Below the pieces are notes generated by a model. The model saw nothing but the letters and a program-made list of their open reading frames with translations. It did no database searches and was not told the origin of the DNA. DNA of 64,000 bases from Apus apus (taxonomy: Eukaryota): positions 493,940-557,939 of the forward strand of contig NC_067310.1 of NCBI RefSeq assembly GCF_020740795.1, written 5' to 3'. Positions 1 through 11,560 of this stretch are shown in pieces (position 1 is the stretch's first letter; each line of letters starts with the position of its first letter). A program made the translations under genes and the position numbers.

Positions 1-486
1 GCTTTGTGGCAGACGGGGAGCACATTGTAGCAACCTCAGCTTTAGTGTGGGTGTGCCAAAATTCCAGTAGCGACCGTTCTCATCTCTCCACGCTCGGCCC
101 AAGAGAACTTCCATTCCTAACAAATTGTAAGGAATGTCACCCACAATCATTTCAGTCCGAATCGGTTCTTCCTCTCCTGGTAGATTTAAAGTGACTTTAG
201 CTGTTTTTTGTAAAGCAGAGTTACCAAATGCTCCACTTACATATATTGGCTTTTTAGCTGGTTTAATACCACATTGTTCAGCTACATCAGCTTTTAGCGT
301 GGAAATCTGTGCTCCTGTGTCCACCACAAATGTTACAGGATAGCGTCTTGGCCCAACAGCACAAGTAAGCTCCAAGTCCCCATTTTTGTTTTGAACTAAT
401 CGTAGTACATTCTGCCAATCTTTTGGAGGGTTGGGAGCTTTAGGGCCTGATTGTTTGTCATTTTCCTGTTGATCATTTTCATTTCC
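1..486 (-). CDS. Retroviral aspartic protease (pro) fragment. The reading frame stays open to the window edge.
   Basis: Manual minus-strand translation gives ...RYPVTFVVDTGAQISTLKADVAEQCGIKPAKKPIYVSGAFGNSALQKTAKVTLNLPGEEEPIRTEMIVGDIPYNLLGMEVLLGRAW... The DTGA codons are at 310-321. The frame opens after the stop at 487-489. It is not in the gag frame: gag uses frame -3, and this frame opens 81 nt after the gag stop at 573-575 with no overlap. Confidence 0.7.
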
Positions 487-572
487 TATGTCAAAATGTT
501 GGTTTTCCTCTCCCCCCCCCTGTCTCTTTTTCTTTCTTTTTGATTTCTTTTTCTTGGCAGAAGGAGGGCTAT

Positions 573-1577
573 TTAGTTTCCCGACTTGTTGGGTTTTTCC
601 CTGGATCTGTCTCTTGAATTAGACCTTGAGCTGGGCCGTGTAGGCCAACTTTCTACCAGGTCTTTCAGAAGCTGATAAGAATAATCCTGAGACAAAAGCT
701 TCGATGGGATACCTTTACGTCTGGCTTCCTCCTTAAGCTTAGCGTAGGGCCCTTTGTCATCACCTCGAGATGAAGCACTTTTGTTTTCAGGGTACTGGCT
801 TTTATGGGTGCTGTTTAGCTTTCTGTTGTTTTTAGATCTATCCACGACTGTCCAGTCACCCCGTGATTTCTCCCGCTGCTTAGGAGGATCCCGGGGTGAC
901 CTGGCAGCCACATCAGCATAGGAGGGTCGAGTCTTTTGTCTGGCTGCAGAAGGCTTGGGAACATCTTCAGAATCAGATGTATCCTCATATTCCTTGCCGT
1001 ATTTTATCAATTCTTTGGCCAAATCAGACCATGTAAATCCTCGCAGATCTCCATTTTCGAGTTTATATTTGATTTGCATGGCTACAGCTTTACATGACCA
1101 AGGGAGCCCCCTGATTAAAACCTTCATTCTTTCTGGTTTCACTCGAAGATTCATAGGACTTTCTTGACCTGGTATTAAATCATGGTCATAAATCATTTGA
1201 ATTACAGCAGCCTTTTGGACATTGTCCAAAAGGTTAGAATAGCCCCCCCGCAGGGCCCTCGGCTCTCCTCTGCTAAGGGGATCACTTGAGCCAACACAGA
1301 AAGCTGCTCGCTGGGTTAGGGACCAGGGGTGTCCCCCTTCTCCAGTCGTTAGAATAATTCCAGATCCCCAGTACCCTCTAGCTTCTTGTTCACTTAATCT
1401 GATCTCGTCTCCTCCTGTGAGGGACACTCTCATTACATATTCAGCTTCTGTCTCAGATGGGCGCCTGCTGTATTGTTTTCTAATTTGTGCCAATTCTAAT
1501 GGTGTGTAAGCTATTTCCTTGACTACCTTATCTTTCTTCCTACCAGTATCTTCATCAAGAGCAAAAGTCGTTCTCAT
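573..1577 (-). CDS. ERV gag-like ORF with capsid-like character, 334 aa, no Cys-His zinc knuckle.
   Basis: Long open frame lying between the gag N-terminal ORF and the protease. The C-terminus is basic and R/S/K-rich with no CCHC motif. That is consistent with class III (ERV-L/spuma-like) Gag. Confidence 0.5.
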   Translation of the reverse strand: MRTTFALDEDTGRKKDKVVKEIAYTPLELAQIRKQYSRRPSETEAEYVMRVSLTGGDEIRLSEQEARGYWGSGIILTTGEGGHPWSLTQRAAFCVGSSDPLSRGEPRALRGGYSNLLDNVQKAAVIQMIYDHDLIPGQESPMNLRVKPERMKVLIRGLPWSCKAVAMQIKYKLENGDLRGFTWSDLAKELIKYGKEYEDTSDSEDVPKPSAARQKTRPSYADVAARSPRDPPKQREKSRGDWTVVDRSKNNRKLNSTHKSQYPENKSASSRGDDKGPYAKLKEEARRKGIPSKLLSQDYSYQLLKDLVESWPTRPSSRSNSRDRSREKPNKSGN

Positions 1578-1682
1578 AACCGGGCGCAGTTGTTTATGGT
1601 CTATTCTCTCCTCCTCCTCATCTTCAGAACCGGTATAGTGAGAAGGTAAATTAGTTGGGACTTTGTCCCTATTTATGGGAAG

Positions 1683-2765
1683 TCAGTGGACATATTTCTC
1701 CAATTCACCAATCCTTCGAATGCTATGGTGAATATCCATCTCCAAATCACTAAACCTATTGTCCACAATCGTGGAACCTTTATGGACATTTATCTCCAAA
1801 TTGCTAATTCTTTGAGTGTTATGTGTCATGAAGTCCTTAACTGCCTCGTGTAATATCCTAAAATCTGCCCTTAGTCCCTCCTCCTGCTCCCTGGAGAGGG
1901 GGGGCTGCAGCTGTGCGGGGGCTTGCTGCTCTTGCGGCTGTGGCTTTGATTCCAAAATCGGGCGCTGCTTTTCCGTCCCGAAATGAAAACTCACACTTTT
2001 CCTATTTGATTGCTCAGAGTTTACGGGCTTACATTTCTTTAGTGTGTTAAAGTCATCCAAGACCTCAGTATCCTGACTACCAGAGCCTGAGGAATCCTCG
2101 CAATTAGCAAGTTCCCCACATTTATCACCTAAGTGAGACAGGGTGGCACCAGTTCTCTCCTTTCCCTGCTTTCTTAACCCTTCAATTTCTCGCTGTAACC
2201 CTTCAATTCTTTGCTGCAACTTTATATTCTCTTGCTGCAACCCTTCAATCTCTTGCTGCAACCATTCAATCTCTTGCTGCAACTCTTCGGGTTTTTGCTG
2301 CAACCCTTCAATTCTTTGCTGCAAGTCTTTATTCTCTCGCTGTAACCCTTCAGTTCTTTGCTGTAATCCCTCCTTTGGTTGCTGCACCACCATGGCCAGG
2401 ATAAAGAAATTTCGGGCATTAATGAAATCAAGCCCATGTTTCTTAATCTCCTTTTTCAGCTCTTTAGACAGAGGAGTACCATCTTCCAAAGTCATGATGT
2501 AATTTGCGAGTCTACTGAGGTCTCCCCCCATGTAGGCATCATGAATAATTTTGTACTGCCCCCTCCGTATAGCGTACCCGGGCCTCTTAAGGTGCTCCCA
2601 GAAGGGACGCACAAATGCCCATTTCTGCAATTCCTCCTCAAAACTAGAGGGAGATGAAAATGGCGCCTCCTGAACTTCAGTGCTTTCCTCACTAATTTCA
2701 TTTTCTACATTTTCTGCATCAGCACTTACAGCATCTGCATCACCTATATCCCCCTTGGTAGCCAT
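1683..2765 (-). CDS. ERV gag N-terminal ORF of 360 aa carrying an LQQxIEGLQQ heptad coiled-coil repeat.
   Basis: It starts about 100 nt downstream of the PBS on the minus strand. Residues 130-210 form a strongly heptad coiled coil. Confidence 0.45.
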   Translation of the reverse strand: MATKGDIGDADAVSADAENVENEISEESTEVQEAPFSSPSSFEEELQKWAFVRPFWEHLKRPGYAIRRGQYKIIHDAYMGGDLSRLANYIMTLEDGTPLSKELKKEIKKHGLDFINARNFFILAMVVQQPKEGLQQRTEGLQRENKDLQQRIEGLQQKPEELQQEIEWLQQEIEGLQQENIKLQQRIEGLQREIEGLRKQGKERTGATLSHLGDKCGELANCEDSSGSGSQDTEVLDDFNTLKKCKPVNSEQSNRKSVSFHFGTEKQRPILESKPQPQEQQAPAQLQPPLSREQEEGLRADFRILHEAVKDFMTHNTQRISNLEINVHKGSTIVDNRFSDLEMDIHHSIRRIGELEKYVH

Positions 2766-2855
2766 TTTCTTTTATATAATTAAATTTTTTTTTTTTTTTT
2801 TTTTTAACTAGTTAAGCAATTTCAGAGCGTGGGGGGGCTTCTAACGACCCCCGTT

Positions 2856-2873
2856 ATCCCACTTCTGACACCA
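2856..2873 (-). other. Primer-binding site complementary to the tRNA-Leu(CAA) 3' end.
   Basis: The minus strand reads TGGTGTCAGAAGTGGGAT, starting 2 nt after the LTR terminal CA. As I recall, its complement is the ...ATCCCACTTCTGACACCA 3' end of vertebrate tRNA-Leu(CAA). A Leu PBS is the hallmark of ERV-L. Confidence 0.65.
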
Positions 2874-2875
2874 GA

Positions 2876-3737
2876 TGTCGCAAGCCGGTACCGGGGGCTC
2901 CCGGCTGTCAGGATCCTTTTGCGACTGCCCCTCCGATGTGGAGGGGTTTGTGAATGAGCCCGAGGGTCACACGCGGCGCTGCCTCTCACGGAGGAACGGC
3001 CACCGTGGGACCGTATTTCAGGGGGGGAGTTAGAAAGCACCCCCACCCCACCACGCTCAGAGATTGCCTCTAAAGCCAAGGTTTGCTCCACAAACTAATA
3101 GGTTTATTAAGGGTTAACACAAACCGAGGGGTGATGTTCGGGGACAATACAGGTGTGAATGGCTACCAGGGATATCAATATGTATGTGGTGAGAAAGTGT
3201 CCTTTAGGGAGGCAATGCAAAGGTGCTTTTAAGGGAGAGGATTAAGGACCAAAGGGAGGAGGGAAGGAAACCCGACGCCGGTCCTCCTTAAGAGGTCGCA
3301 CTGTGTGTGCAAGTATGAGGGGAAAGGAATATGTGTGTGTGTGTGTGTGTGTGTGAGGTGATGTTCCCCTCCGGCTTGTCCAGCGTCGTTTGGTGGCCGG
3401 AAGGCAGGACGGCAGGTCCGTGGTGTCGGAGGGGCAGCCTCTCGGCAGCGGGTGCAGCGGCCGCTGGTTTCCCCTCCAGCGGCAGCAACACGGGGAGGGG
3501 GCTCCGGCCCCGACCCCAGGGCTTGGGACCCCGGCACGCTCGGCGCTGAGGCTCAGGCTGGACCCGGGGCAGGCAGGCAGGCAGGGTCCCAGCACCAGTG
3601 TCCGCAGCAGGGGGGTGTCCCAGGCAGAAAGCGTCCGAACGGGCCTCAGGGAGGAGGGAAGGGCCCACCTGCTGCCCTCGCCCCTTTGATACCCCCTGAC
3701 CCACCTGTCCAGTCAGTGTCACTGTCCAGGGCCAACG
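2876..3737 (-). mobile_element. 5' LTR of the provirus. It is 5'-truncated in U3 by about 220 bp relative to the full copies elsewhere.
   Basis: Homologous to the LTR copies at 27368-28479 and 47909-49015. It contains TTAATAAACC and the (GT)n. Homology stops at about 3737 where the block A junction begins. Confidence 0.75.
3331..3356. repeat. (GT)n microsatellite inside the LTR.
   Basis: Reads gtgtgtgtgtgtgtgtgtgtgtgtg. The same tract is seen in other LTR copies at about 27990, about 48530 and 49803. Confidence 0.95.
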
Positions 3738-6533
3738 AGCATCCATGACCCCTTGCTGCTTCCTTTACCTTTTCCCCAGCGTTGCCCTGTGGAACACAGC
3801 CCTGGAGCCGGGCGGCACAGGGACCTTGACCCCGAGGGGCAGCTTCAGCAGCTCCGGGTCCATCAGCCCAGCAGCTCCTAGTCCTGCTGCTGCCTTCTGT
3901 GCCCGGCCGAGGAAGAGAGAGACACTCGAGGCGCCAGCTCCTCAGCCTCCTGCCCGACAGGGGCAGGACAGGGCAGGTCCCACAGCAGCCCCCGCCATGT
4001 CCCAGGCTCCCCGGCTGAGCCCTCTCCCTCCCTGCTCACCTCTCTCCTCTGTCCTGCTCCACTCGCTGGGTCACCCTTGGGGACACCAGCAGGGAGACAG
4101 TGCTCCATGGCTCCTTCCAGAGCTCTGGCACAGCTGCCCCCCTGCACTGCAGGCCCAGGCTGACAGCTCCCCTTTCATCAGGACTCCAGGAGAAGGGTCG
4201 AGCTGCCGAGGACTTCCGTGCCTCTCTTACCACACAGGCCTCCCCAGCACATGGTCCCAGCCCCCCAGCTCACCCCCTCTTTTCTGACAGGGGCTGCTGG
4301 GGCTGGCCATGGAGAAGCTCAAAGCAGCATCACCCTGTGCCGTGCTCCTGCCTGGGCAGGGGGCTTCGGAGCCGCCGGAGGGACAGGCTGCCTGGAAAAC
4401 CCTGGGCACATGGAGAGGAGGCTGATCTCAGTGTCCCGTCTCTCCTGCCTGTTCCATGGGGTGGGTGCTCTTGGGACAGGCCTTCCTGAAGGCTCTTTGG
4501 GGGTCAGTGGAGGCCCAGGCTGACAGATCCACTTTAATGTGTACTCAACGATCCGTCTTGCAATGGTCCTTAGAGGCGAACCCTGGTCCAAGGCTGCTGC
4601 TGGCTTTGGCTGCCTTCCTCCCTCAGACTTTGCCTCTGCTGCTCCAGGAATCTCCGGGAGAAAGGTTCTGGCCTGGCAGGCTCTGCTCTGTCTTCACTGG
4701 GCAGCCCAGGAAAGCTGCCCCAGGGCCATTGTCACTCAGCAGCCAGAACAACCACCCTCCCCAGCACTGGCCTCTCACCACGGCTCACAGAGATTGCTTG
4801 TCCCTCCCACAGGGACACATTGTCAGCAAGGGCAGGAGTCCATGTTTGCCCTGTGCAGACAAGACCTGAGCATGAGCATCATGTGCGGGTGGTGAGATGA
4901 ACCCCAGAGAGCACAACCCCCCAGCTCTTCCTGGGGGGCTGTGAGGGTCTGTAGGACAGACAGTGTCTCCAGGTCACTCCACGTTGACAGCAATGTCCCC
5001 TGGAAACCACCTGGATGCAGCTCCGGGATGTGCTTCCTTGAACCAAGGGCCACCAGCCTGTCCCAGCTGCTGGCCACCATCTCTGCCCACAGGGCTGTGA
5101 GTCCTATTTTGTCAACCTGTTGCACCTTGGAGTGTTTCCTGCTGGTGGCCACAGCCTGCCTTTAGGGCCGGGCTTGCTGTCACCTGCCTCTGTCTGCAGG
5201 ATTCATGGGCTGGAAGGTCGGTATTGAGCAGGCAATGGCACCTGGGTCAGGGGTGTTTAGGTTTGAGTGATTCTGGCCTGGTGTTGAGCACCTGTAAGAG
5301 GAACTAGAGAGAGGGTCCTTAACTCCCTGAAAGACCCAGGAGGGTCGGAACAGGGATGGGTCAATATTCCCCCTGTTCCTGCCATACTCTACAAAAGCAG
5401 GAGAACCAGAAGCTCAGGCCCTTTCCTTCCTCTGCCTCCTTCCTTTCTGCTGCTGCTGCTGCCTGGGGATTCTTCAGTTCACCAGGTGCTCTCTGGAATC
5501 CAACTCCACCAGGTGCTGGGAGGAGCTGTGGACCCCTCTCCTGAAGTGGCCTTGCTGCAAGGGACCCTCACCCACCCATTCCTGCCATCAGCGAGATGGG
5601 GTTTGTATGTGTTTGTGTATCAGTGCAGAGACCTGTTCTCCCCCCCAACCTGTTCCTCCCTTCCCAGTGTTAGAGTGAATTCCTTCCTGTTTCCATTTCC
5701 AGCCCTTCAGTCTCTCTTCCTTATTCCACTTCTGTTTTCCCTTGGGAGGCTGGAGAAGGGTAATAGGGAGCAATTCTGCCTTCTGTGGTTCACCCTGTCT
5801 GTTTAAACCAAGACACAAGGTAAGAATTGATTCAACACATAGGATGTCAGGCTCAGCATATCAGCTCAGGGGTTGCTGGGGTGGGGAATTGTCGCTCGGA
5901 AGAATCACGTGCACGGTGTCCCAGGAGATGAGCAAGTGTCTTGTGCAGCACTCTGTCTTGTCTTCTATTAGTATCACTGGTATTGCTGTTTCTTCAGGCC
6001 TTCTCTTGTCGAGGGAGGTGACTCTCCCCCTCTGCTCTGCTGTGGGAAGACCGTAACTGCAGTGCTGTGTTCAGTTCTGGGGTGCCCAAGACCAGAATGG
6101 CATGGAGCTCCTGGAGGGAGTCCAGAGGAGGCCACAAGGATCATTGAAGGGCTGAGAGAGTCCTGGTTAATATCTGTATCAATGACCTAGAGAGCTGAGT
6201 GGTGCAAGTGACATGGCTGGGGGCCAGGATGCCATGCAGAGCAGCTAATTTGGGTTACTGGACAGCCAAGGACTCAGAGCAAGTGTTAGAAACTTTTATA
6301 ATGGATCAAGAGGAAACAAATCAGGTCTGTGTCTCAGTTGTAGCGACACAAGTGCAAACATCTTTGCAGGAACAAAACCAAGCATGACAATAACAACAGC
6401 AGTAATGAGATATAAAATAATAATATTAACAATAAATAAAACAACAACAAACCCCAACAGAGTACAATACCAAAAAAATCTAAAAACAAAAACCAAAAAA
6501 TAAACAAAAAGGGTGCAATGACATAAAGTGGAA

Positions 6534-7490
6534 TCACTTCTGTAAAGAGGCTTTAAATCTCTCACTCTTGACCAATGAAGAAATCACTTTCCTGAGGGCG
6601 TCCTTGAGCTCCTGGTTCCTCATGCTGTAGATGAGGGGGTTCACTGCTGGAGGCACCACTGAGTACAGAACTGCCACCACCAGGTCCAGGGATGGGGAGG
6701 AGATGGAGGGGGGCTTCAGGTAGGCAAACATGGCAGTGCTGGTGACCAGAGAGACCACAGCCAGGTGAGGGAGGCAGGTGGAGAAGGCTTTGTGCCTTCC
6801 CTGCTGAGAGGGGATCCTCAGCACGGCCCTGAAGATCTGCACATAGGACACCACCATGAAGACAAAACAGCCAAATGATAAGGAGACACTGAACACAAGG
6901 ATCCCCACTTCCCTGAGGTAGGAGTGTGAGCAGGAGAGCTTGAGGATCTGGGGGATTTCACAGAAGAACTGTCCCAGGGCATTGCCCTGGCAGAGGGGCA
7001 GTGAAAATGTACTGGCTGTGTGCAGCAGAGCACTGAGAAACCCAGAGGCCCAGGCAGCTGCTGCCATGTGGACACAAGCTCTGCTGCCCAGGAGGGTCCC
7101 GTAGTGCAGGGGTCTGCAGATGGCCACGTAGCGGTCATAGCACATGATGGTGAGAAGGGACCACTCTGCCCCAAGGAAGACTAAAAAGAAAAAGAGCTGT
7201 GCAGCACATGCTGAGTAGGAGATGGCCCTGGTGTCCCAGAGGGAATTGGCCATGGCTTTGGGGAGGGTGGTGGAGATGCAGCCCAGGTCGAGGAGGGAGA
7301 GGTTGAGCAGGAAGAAGTACATGGGGGTGTGGAGGTGGTGGTCCCAGGCGATGGTGGTGATGATGAGGCCGTTGCCCAGGAGGGCAGCCAGGTAGATGCC
7401 CAGGAAGAGCCATAAGTGCAGGAGCTGCAGCTCCCGCCTGTCTGCGAATGCCAGGAGGAGGAACTGGCTGATGGAGCTGCTGTTGGACAT
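6534..7490 (-). CDS. Olfactory receptor of the OR14-like avian-expanded clade. Intact, 318 aa.
   Basis: Protein begins MSNSSSISQFLLLAFADRRELQ and includes GNGLIITT, PMYFFLLNLSLLD, MCYDRYVAICRPLHY, KAFSTCLPHL and PAVNPLIYSMRN. Single exon. I chose the in-frame Met at 7490 as the start. Confidence 0.9.
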   Translation of the reverse strand: MSNSSSISQFLLLAFADRRELQLLHLWLFLGIYLAALLGNGLIITTIAWDHHLHTPMYFFLLNLSLLDLGCISTTLPKAMANSLWDTRAISYSACAAQLFFFLVFLGAEWSLLTIMCYDRYVAICRPLHYGTLLGSRACVHMAAAAWASGFLSALLHTASTFSLPLCQGNALGQFFCEIPQILKLSCSHSYLREVGILVFSVSLSFGCFVFMVVSYVQIFRAVLRIPSQQGRHKAFSTCLPHLAVVSLVTSTAMFAYLKPPSISSPSLDLVVAVLYSVVPPAVNPLIYSMRNQELKDALRKVISSLVKSERFKASLQK

Positions 7491-10194
7491 CTGCTGCCTC
7501 TGGGCATGGAGACCTCTCCATGGAAGAAAAGACAGGTAGAATTTAGAGCAGACTTCACACAAAAATATGTACTTAATTGCTGTTAGAGACGCTCAAACTG
7601 CCTCTTGTCTTTCACAAAATACTTTTGCAGGTCCTTTTTTCTGCAGTCTGGTTGTTGCTGGATTTTGATCCCCGAGTGAGCTGTGAGCTCTGGAGGAGTC
7701 AGTCCTGCCCTGCAGCAAGAGGTTGAAAGGAAGAGGGGGTGACCTCAGACTAAATCTGTTTGAGATATCAAAGAACTTTTCAGCATTTCTCCTCCAGACT
7801 CACCCAACTGCAGAACAGAGCTGAGGGGATTTTGGTTTGTGTCTTCTGCTCTAGTTTCCCCACCACACCTGAGGAAAGTTTTTAAGGCAGAAGCCTTGGC
7901 CTTTCCACTGCTCTCCAAGTGAAACCTTGAAGGTGCTGAGAAGCAGAGGGACTGTGCCTTAGTGCAGAGTGAGGACAGCTGCTCTGTGCATCAGTCCTGC
8001 TCTCAGCTGCCCTGAGCTGGCACCTCTTTCAGCTGCAGGACCCATCACACACAGATGTTCTCCTGAGGAGAAACTGAACATGGCTGAGAGCAGAGCAGTC
8101 AGATTGTCCAGTGCAGCTCTCCCAGCCCCTCAGCCCATCTCATTCTCCCTGAGCAGGATCTCAGCTCTGCCCTCCCAGCCAGGGACACACAGGGCTCACT
8201 GCAGCTGCCCACAGACAGACCAGGAGCAGCATTTCCATGGCCTTGGCATGGACATGTCTTCTCCATGGGGCTCCCAGAAAACACAGAGGTGCCACAGGAG
8301 AGCTGTGCCCTTCTGGAGGGCAGCGTGCCACTCAGCAGGACCCTGCAGGGGAAGAGCCCAGTATCTCAAAGATGGGGTATCCTGACAGGAGGGTCAGCTC
8401 AGCCCCAGCCCCACACCCTGCAGTCCTCACAGCCCCAGATATCAGGCCATTTGGATGCTTTTCCTCCATGGACACAATGGCAGGACAGGACACCCAGCAT
8501 CAGTGTCTGAGCGGCACCCAAATCATCACCCCCCACCCCAAGGAGAAGAAGGAGAAGAACAAGGGCAGCAGGGGCAGGAGGGGAACATGCCAAAGTGCTG
8601 CTGCTGAGAGAGTTGGGACAGGGACACAAAGTCAGAGACTCGAGCATTTCTGCTCTGTGGTGCTGGGGTGTCTGGGAAGGGAACTCAGGACTAAGTCCCC
8701 GTGATATGAAGGGGTGGGAGTTCTACAGAGGGGGAGAGGAGAGCAGGGAGTTGCTCTTGGGAAGGCATCAGCCCTGCAGGGATGGCAGGAAGGTGTCCAG
8801 ATCCCCCTTCCCATGACTTGCAGGCAGCAGCTCCCTCTCCCTCGCTGCCCATGTCTGTGCTCTCTGGAGTTGTCTCTGCTGGGAGCTGCTTCTCTGTCTC
8901 CATGTGCCCTCCTTAGCAGGGCTCCCAGAGCCCATCCCACCCGCCGGGTGCTCAGCTCTGCCTGGAAGACACCCCTTGTAGCAGGGACCTGCCAGGGGCA
9001 GGTCTGGGTGTGCAGGGGCTCAGCAGCAGCTCAGACAAGTCCCCACTAGCTCTGGGGTCTCAGTGCCTTCTCCAGAGGGGAAAGCTCAATTCTCATCTCC
9101 CACTGCCCACCCAGCTCACCAAGAGTACAGAACTCAAAGCACAGACTCCTTTTCTTCCAGGTAAATTCTGTCTCTCTGTGCTGCTTCAGAAGGAACATCT
9201 GCAAATGCCCTGGGGGTGATCTGGAGCTGTGAGGAGTCCTGACCCACACAGCACCCTCTCAGAAGCAGAAGAACCCATCCTTGCCCTGCCAGGGACTACT
9301 AATTCTGCACAGAGCTTCTCCCCACAGTCCTTGAAGAGCTCCCCGGGCAGGCTGAGAGCTGCCCCTGGCAGGCAGCACAGCCCCTGCCCCAGCACACAGC
9401 CCCTCAGCTGCAGGACCCTGCTCTGACAACAGCCCTGGGCACCCCTGCCTGCACCCCTGCCTTCACCAAGATCCAAAATGGCACAACAAGAGCCACCCAC
9501 ACCAAACCTCTGACACACCTCACACACCCCATAAGCTGTGGCTGTGCCAGCTGCAGGAGATGCCTCCAGGAACTGCACCCACCTTGCCCTGCACCCACAG
9601 ACTCACCGTGCCAAGGGCTGCACAGATGTCTCCTCCACTCAGCTCTCACTCACCCCCAGTCCTGAGCACCTTTAAGCTCTCTCTGCCTTGCCCATCTCCC
9701 TCAGACCCCCTGGCAGTGTCCTTCTCCCTGCTGGGCCAAGCAGAGGAGCTGCTCCTGGGCAGAGCTGTCTCTCTGCAGCACTGCCCACTTGCCAGCAGCT
9801 CTCTCCATCCCAGGAGCCCAGCTCAGAACCTTAATGAGCCCTCTGGTGGCTTTGCTGCTGAGCCCATGAAGCTAAGACAGGGGGAGGAAGCTGATGAAAC
9901 CTCTGCAGAAGTCAGAGCCCAAGTGCAAAGTTTCTGTCAGTGTTGATGGGTCCCAGTGAGGGACAGGAGTGAGGAAGCGTCCCCAGGGTGTGGGTAGAGC
10001 AGGAAAGAGGAGGCAGGGATGGCAGGTGGGGAAGAGGAGGGTCAAGGTGGCTCTGGAGCTGAGTGACCCTGGGTGTGTTTCATGACTGCAGAGGACCAAG
10101 CCCTGTCCCCCTTCACCAAAGGTGCCAGCCCCTGGGAAGGGAGATCCTGTCCCTCACTCACTAACTTTTCAGGCTCTCCCTGGGACACTGGGAT

Positions 10195-10530
10195 AATAGA
10201 ATCATAGAATCATAGAATCCTAGGGGTTGGAAGGGACCTCGAAAGATCATCTAGTCCAACCCCCCTGCCAGAGCAGGGTCACCTAGAGTACATCACACAG
10301 GAAGGCATCCAGGCGGGTTTCGAATGTCTCCAGTGAAGAAGACTCCACAACCTCTCTGGGCAGCCTGTTCCAGTGCTCTGTCACTCTCACAGTAAAAAAA
10401 AATTTTCTGATATTCACCTTAAACCTCCTATGCTCCAATTTGTATCCATTACTCCTTGTCCTATCACTGGTCATCACTGAAAAAAGCTTAACTCCATCTT
10501 CTTGACATTCACCCTTTACCCTTTGTGGAG
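10195..10530 (-). mobile_element. CR1 LINE 3' fragment.
   Basis: A (TAGAATCA)n tail at 10198-10222 is the reverse complement of the CR1 ATTCTRTG 3' repeat. The 10283-10477(-) ORF matches the CR1 ORF2 C-terminus ([16 protein letters not shown]). Confidence 0.85.
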
Positions 10531-11224
10531 CTGTGCAATGCCAAGGGCAGGACTATGGCTCAACACGTCCCCAGCCCATTCACATGGACAAGGAGGCTCT
10601 GAGACCCCAGTGCTGGGCGTTGCAGTTTCTCCCCATGGGCAGCAGTGGCAGAGATAGATGTCTTCAGCAAATCATGAAGAGCTTGGCTCTGGCAGGGGGC
10701 TTCCCTCTTTTCCACATCCCTCTGTCATCTTGACCAGGGCCTGTCCTACACTTTCCTCTCCTCTCTACCTTTTGCCCTCTTGTCCCTGTTCCTCTACCCA
10801 GCTTCCCCACCTTGCTGTCCCCTTCCTTTCCTGACATCTTTATGTCCTCCCTGCACTAAGCCTTGGGCTGACCCAGGCTCCTGCTGGGTGATGTGGTGCA
10901 CCACAGCACTGCCCCTGAGTGATATTTCTTTCTCCTGCTGTCCTCTCTGGACTTGCCTAGCTCCACTTGAGGCACTGTTTCTTGCACAAGGTGTTTCTGT
11001 GGTGGAGAAAAGCTCCAGTATGTCTCAACTCAGCCCTCAGTCCCTCCCAGGCCACTCCTCTCCTGTCCAGTCTGCAGAGCCCTGCGCCCAGGGTCCTCAG
11101 CCTCTGCAGACTGGACAAGGGGTTGAGTTCTCCAAAGCCCACTTTGGGAGATCTCTGGGCTCTCTGCACGCTTGTCACAGATGAAGACATGGTGGTCATA
11201 TGGTAAGAATCACAGAGTCACCTC

Positions 11225-11560
11225 CCTTGGTAATGACCTGAAAGATTCACAGAGTCCAACCGTCCATGAAGAAAGAGGGAGTGAGGCTCTTTACCAAGGC
11301 CTGCAGTGGCAGGACAAGGGATCATGGCTTTAAACTGAAAGAGGGGAGATTGGGAGTTGATAGAAGGAAGAAATATTTTAGGATAAGGGTGGCAAGAGAC
11401 TGGAATATGTTGCCCAGGGAAGTGGTTGCCCCATCCCTGGAGGTGTTCCTGTTCAAAGTTTTGAGCAACCTGAACTTGTGTGAGACGTTCCTGCCCATGG
11501 CAGGGGCTTTGCATTAGATGCACTTTTAGGTCCCTTCCAACCCAAACTGTTCCAGGAGTC
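11225..11560 (+). mobile_element. CR1 LINE 3' fragment.
   Basis: The 11266-11517 ORF contains FKLKEGRLGVDRRKKYFRIRVARDWNMLPREVV. The fragment ends with the ...gtcccttccaaccc terminus. Confidence 0.85.

Larger units (their letters stand above)
1..3737 (-). mobile_element. Partial ERV-L-like endogenous retrovirus on the minus strand, cut off by the window start. Order is 5' LTR, PBS, gag-like ORFs, then protease.
   Basis: The LTR at 2876-3737 is followed by the PBS at 2856-2873. Two gag-like ORFs and an open protease frame with VDTGAQ follow. This LTR/PBS/gag/pro order is the standard retroviral layout. Confidence 0.75.
3290..7490. repeat. Segmental duplication block A. It is the inverted copy of A' at 42716-47720.
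   Basis: Mirrored ORF pairs include 4539-4895(+) with 46185-46433(-), 5742-6056(+) with 44914-45228(-), and 3288-3746(-) with 47227-47757(+). OR1 pairs with OR3. Confidence 0.9.

Noticed and set aside
2766-2800. A poly(T) run, which could be the poly(A) tail of a minus-strand retrogene.
   Set aside because: It lies between the PBS and the gag start, in the proviral leader. That is 5' of the gag-like ORF at 1683-2765, not 3' of it. It is an A-rich leader tract, not a retrogene tail.
3288-4523. Many overlapping 90-180-aa ORFs on both strands.
   Set aside because: They fall in the GC-rich LTR and flank, which is repeated elsewhere in the window. It is low-complexity P/G/A-rich translation.
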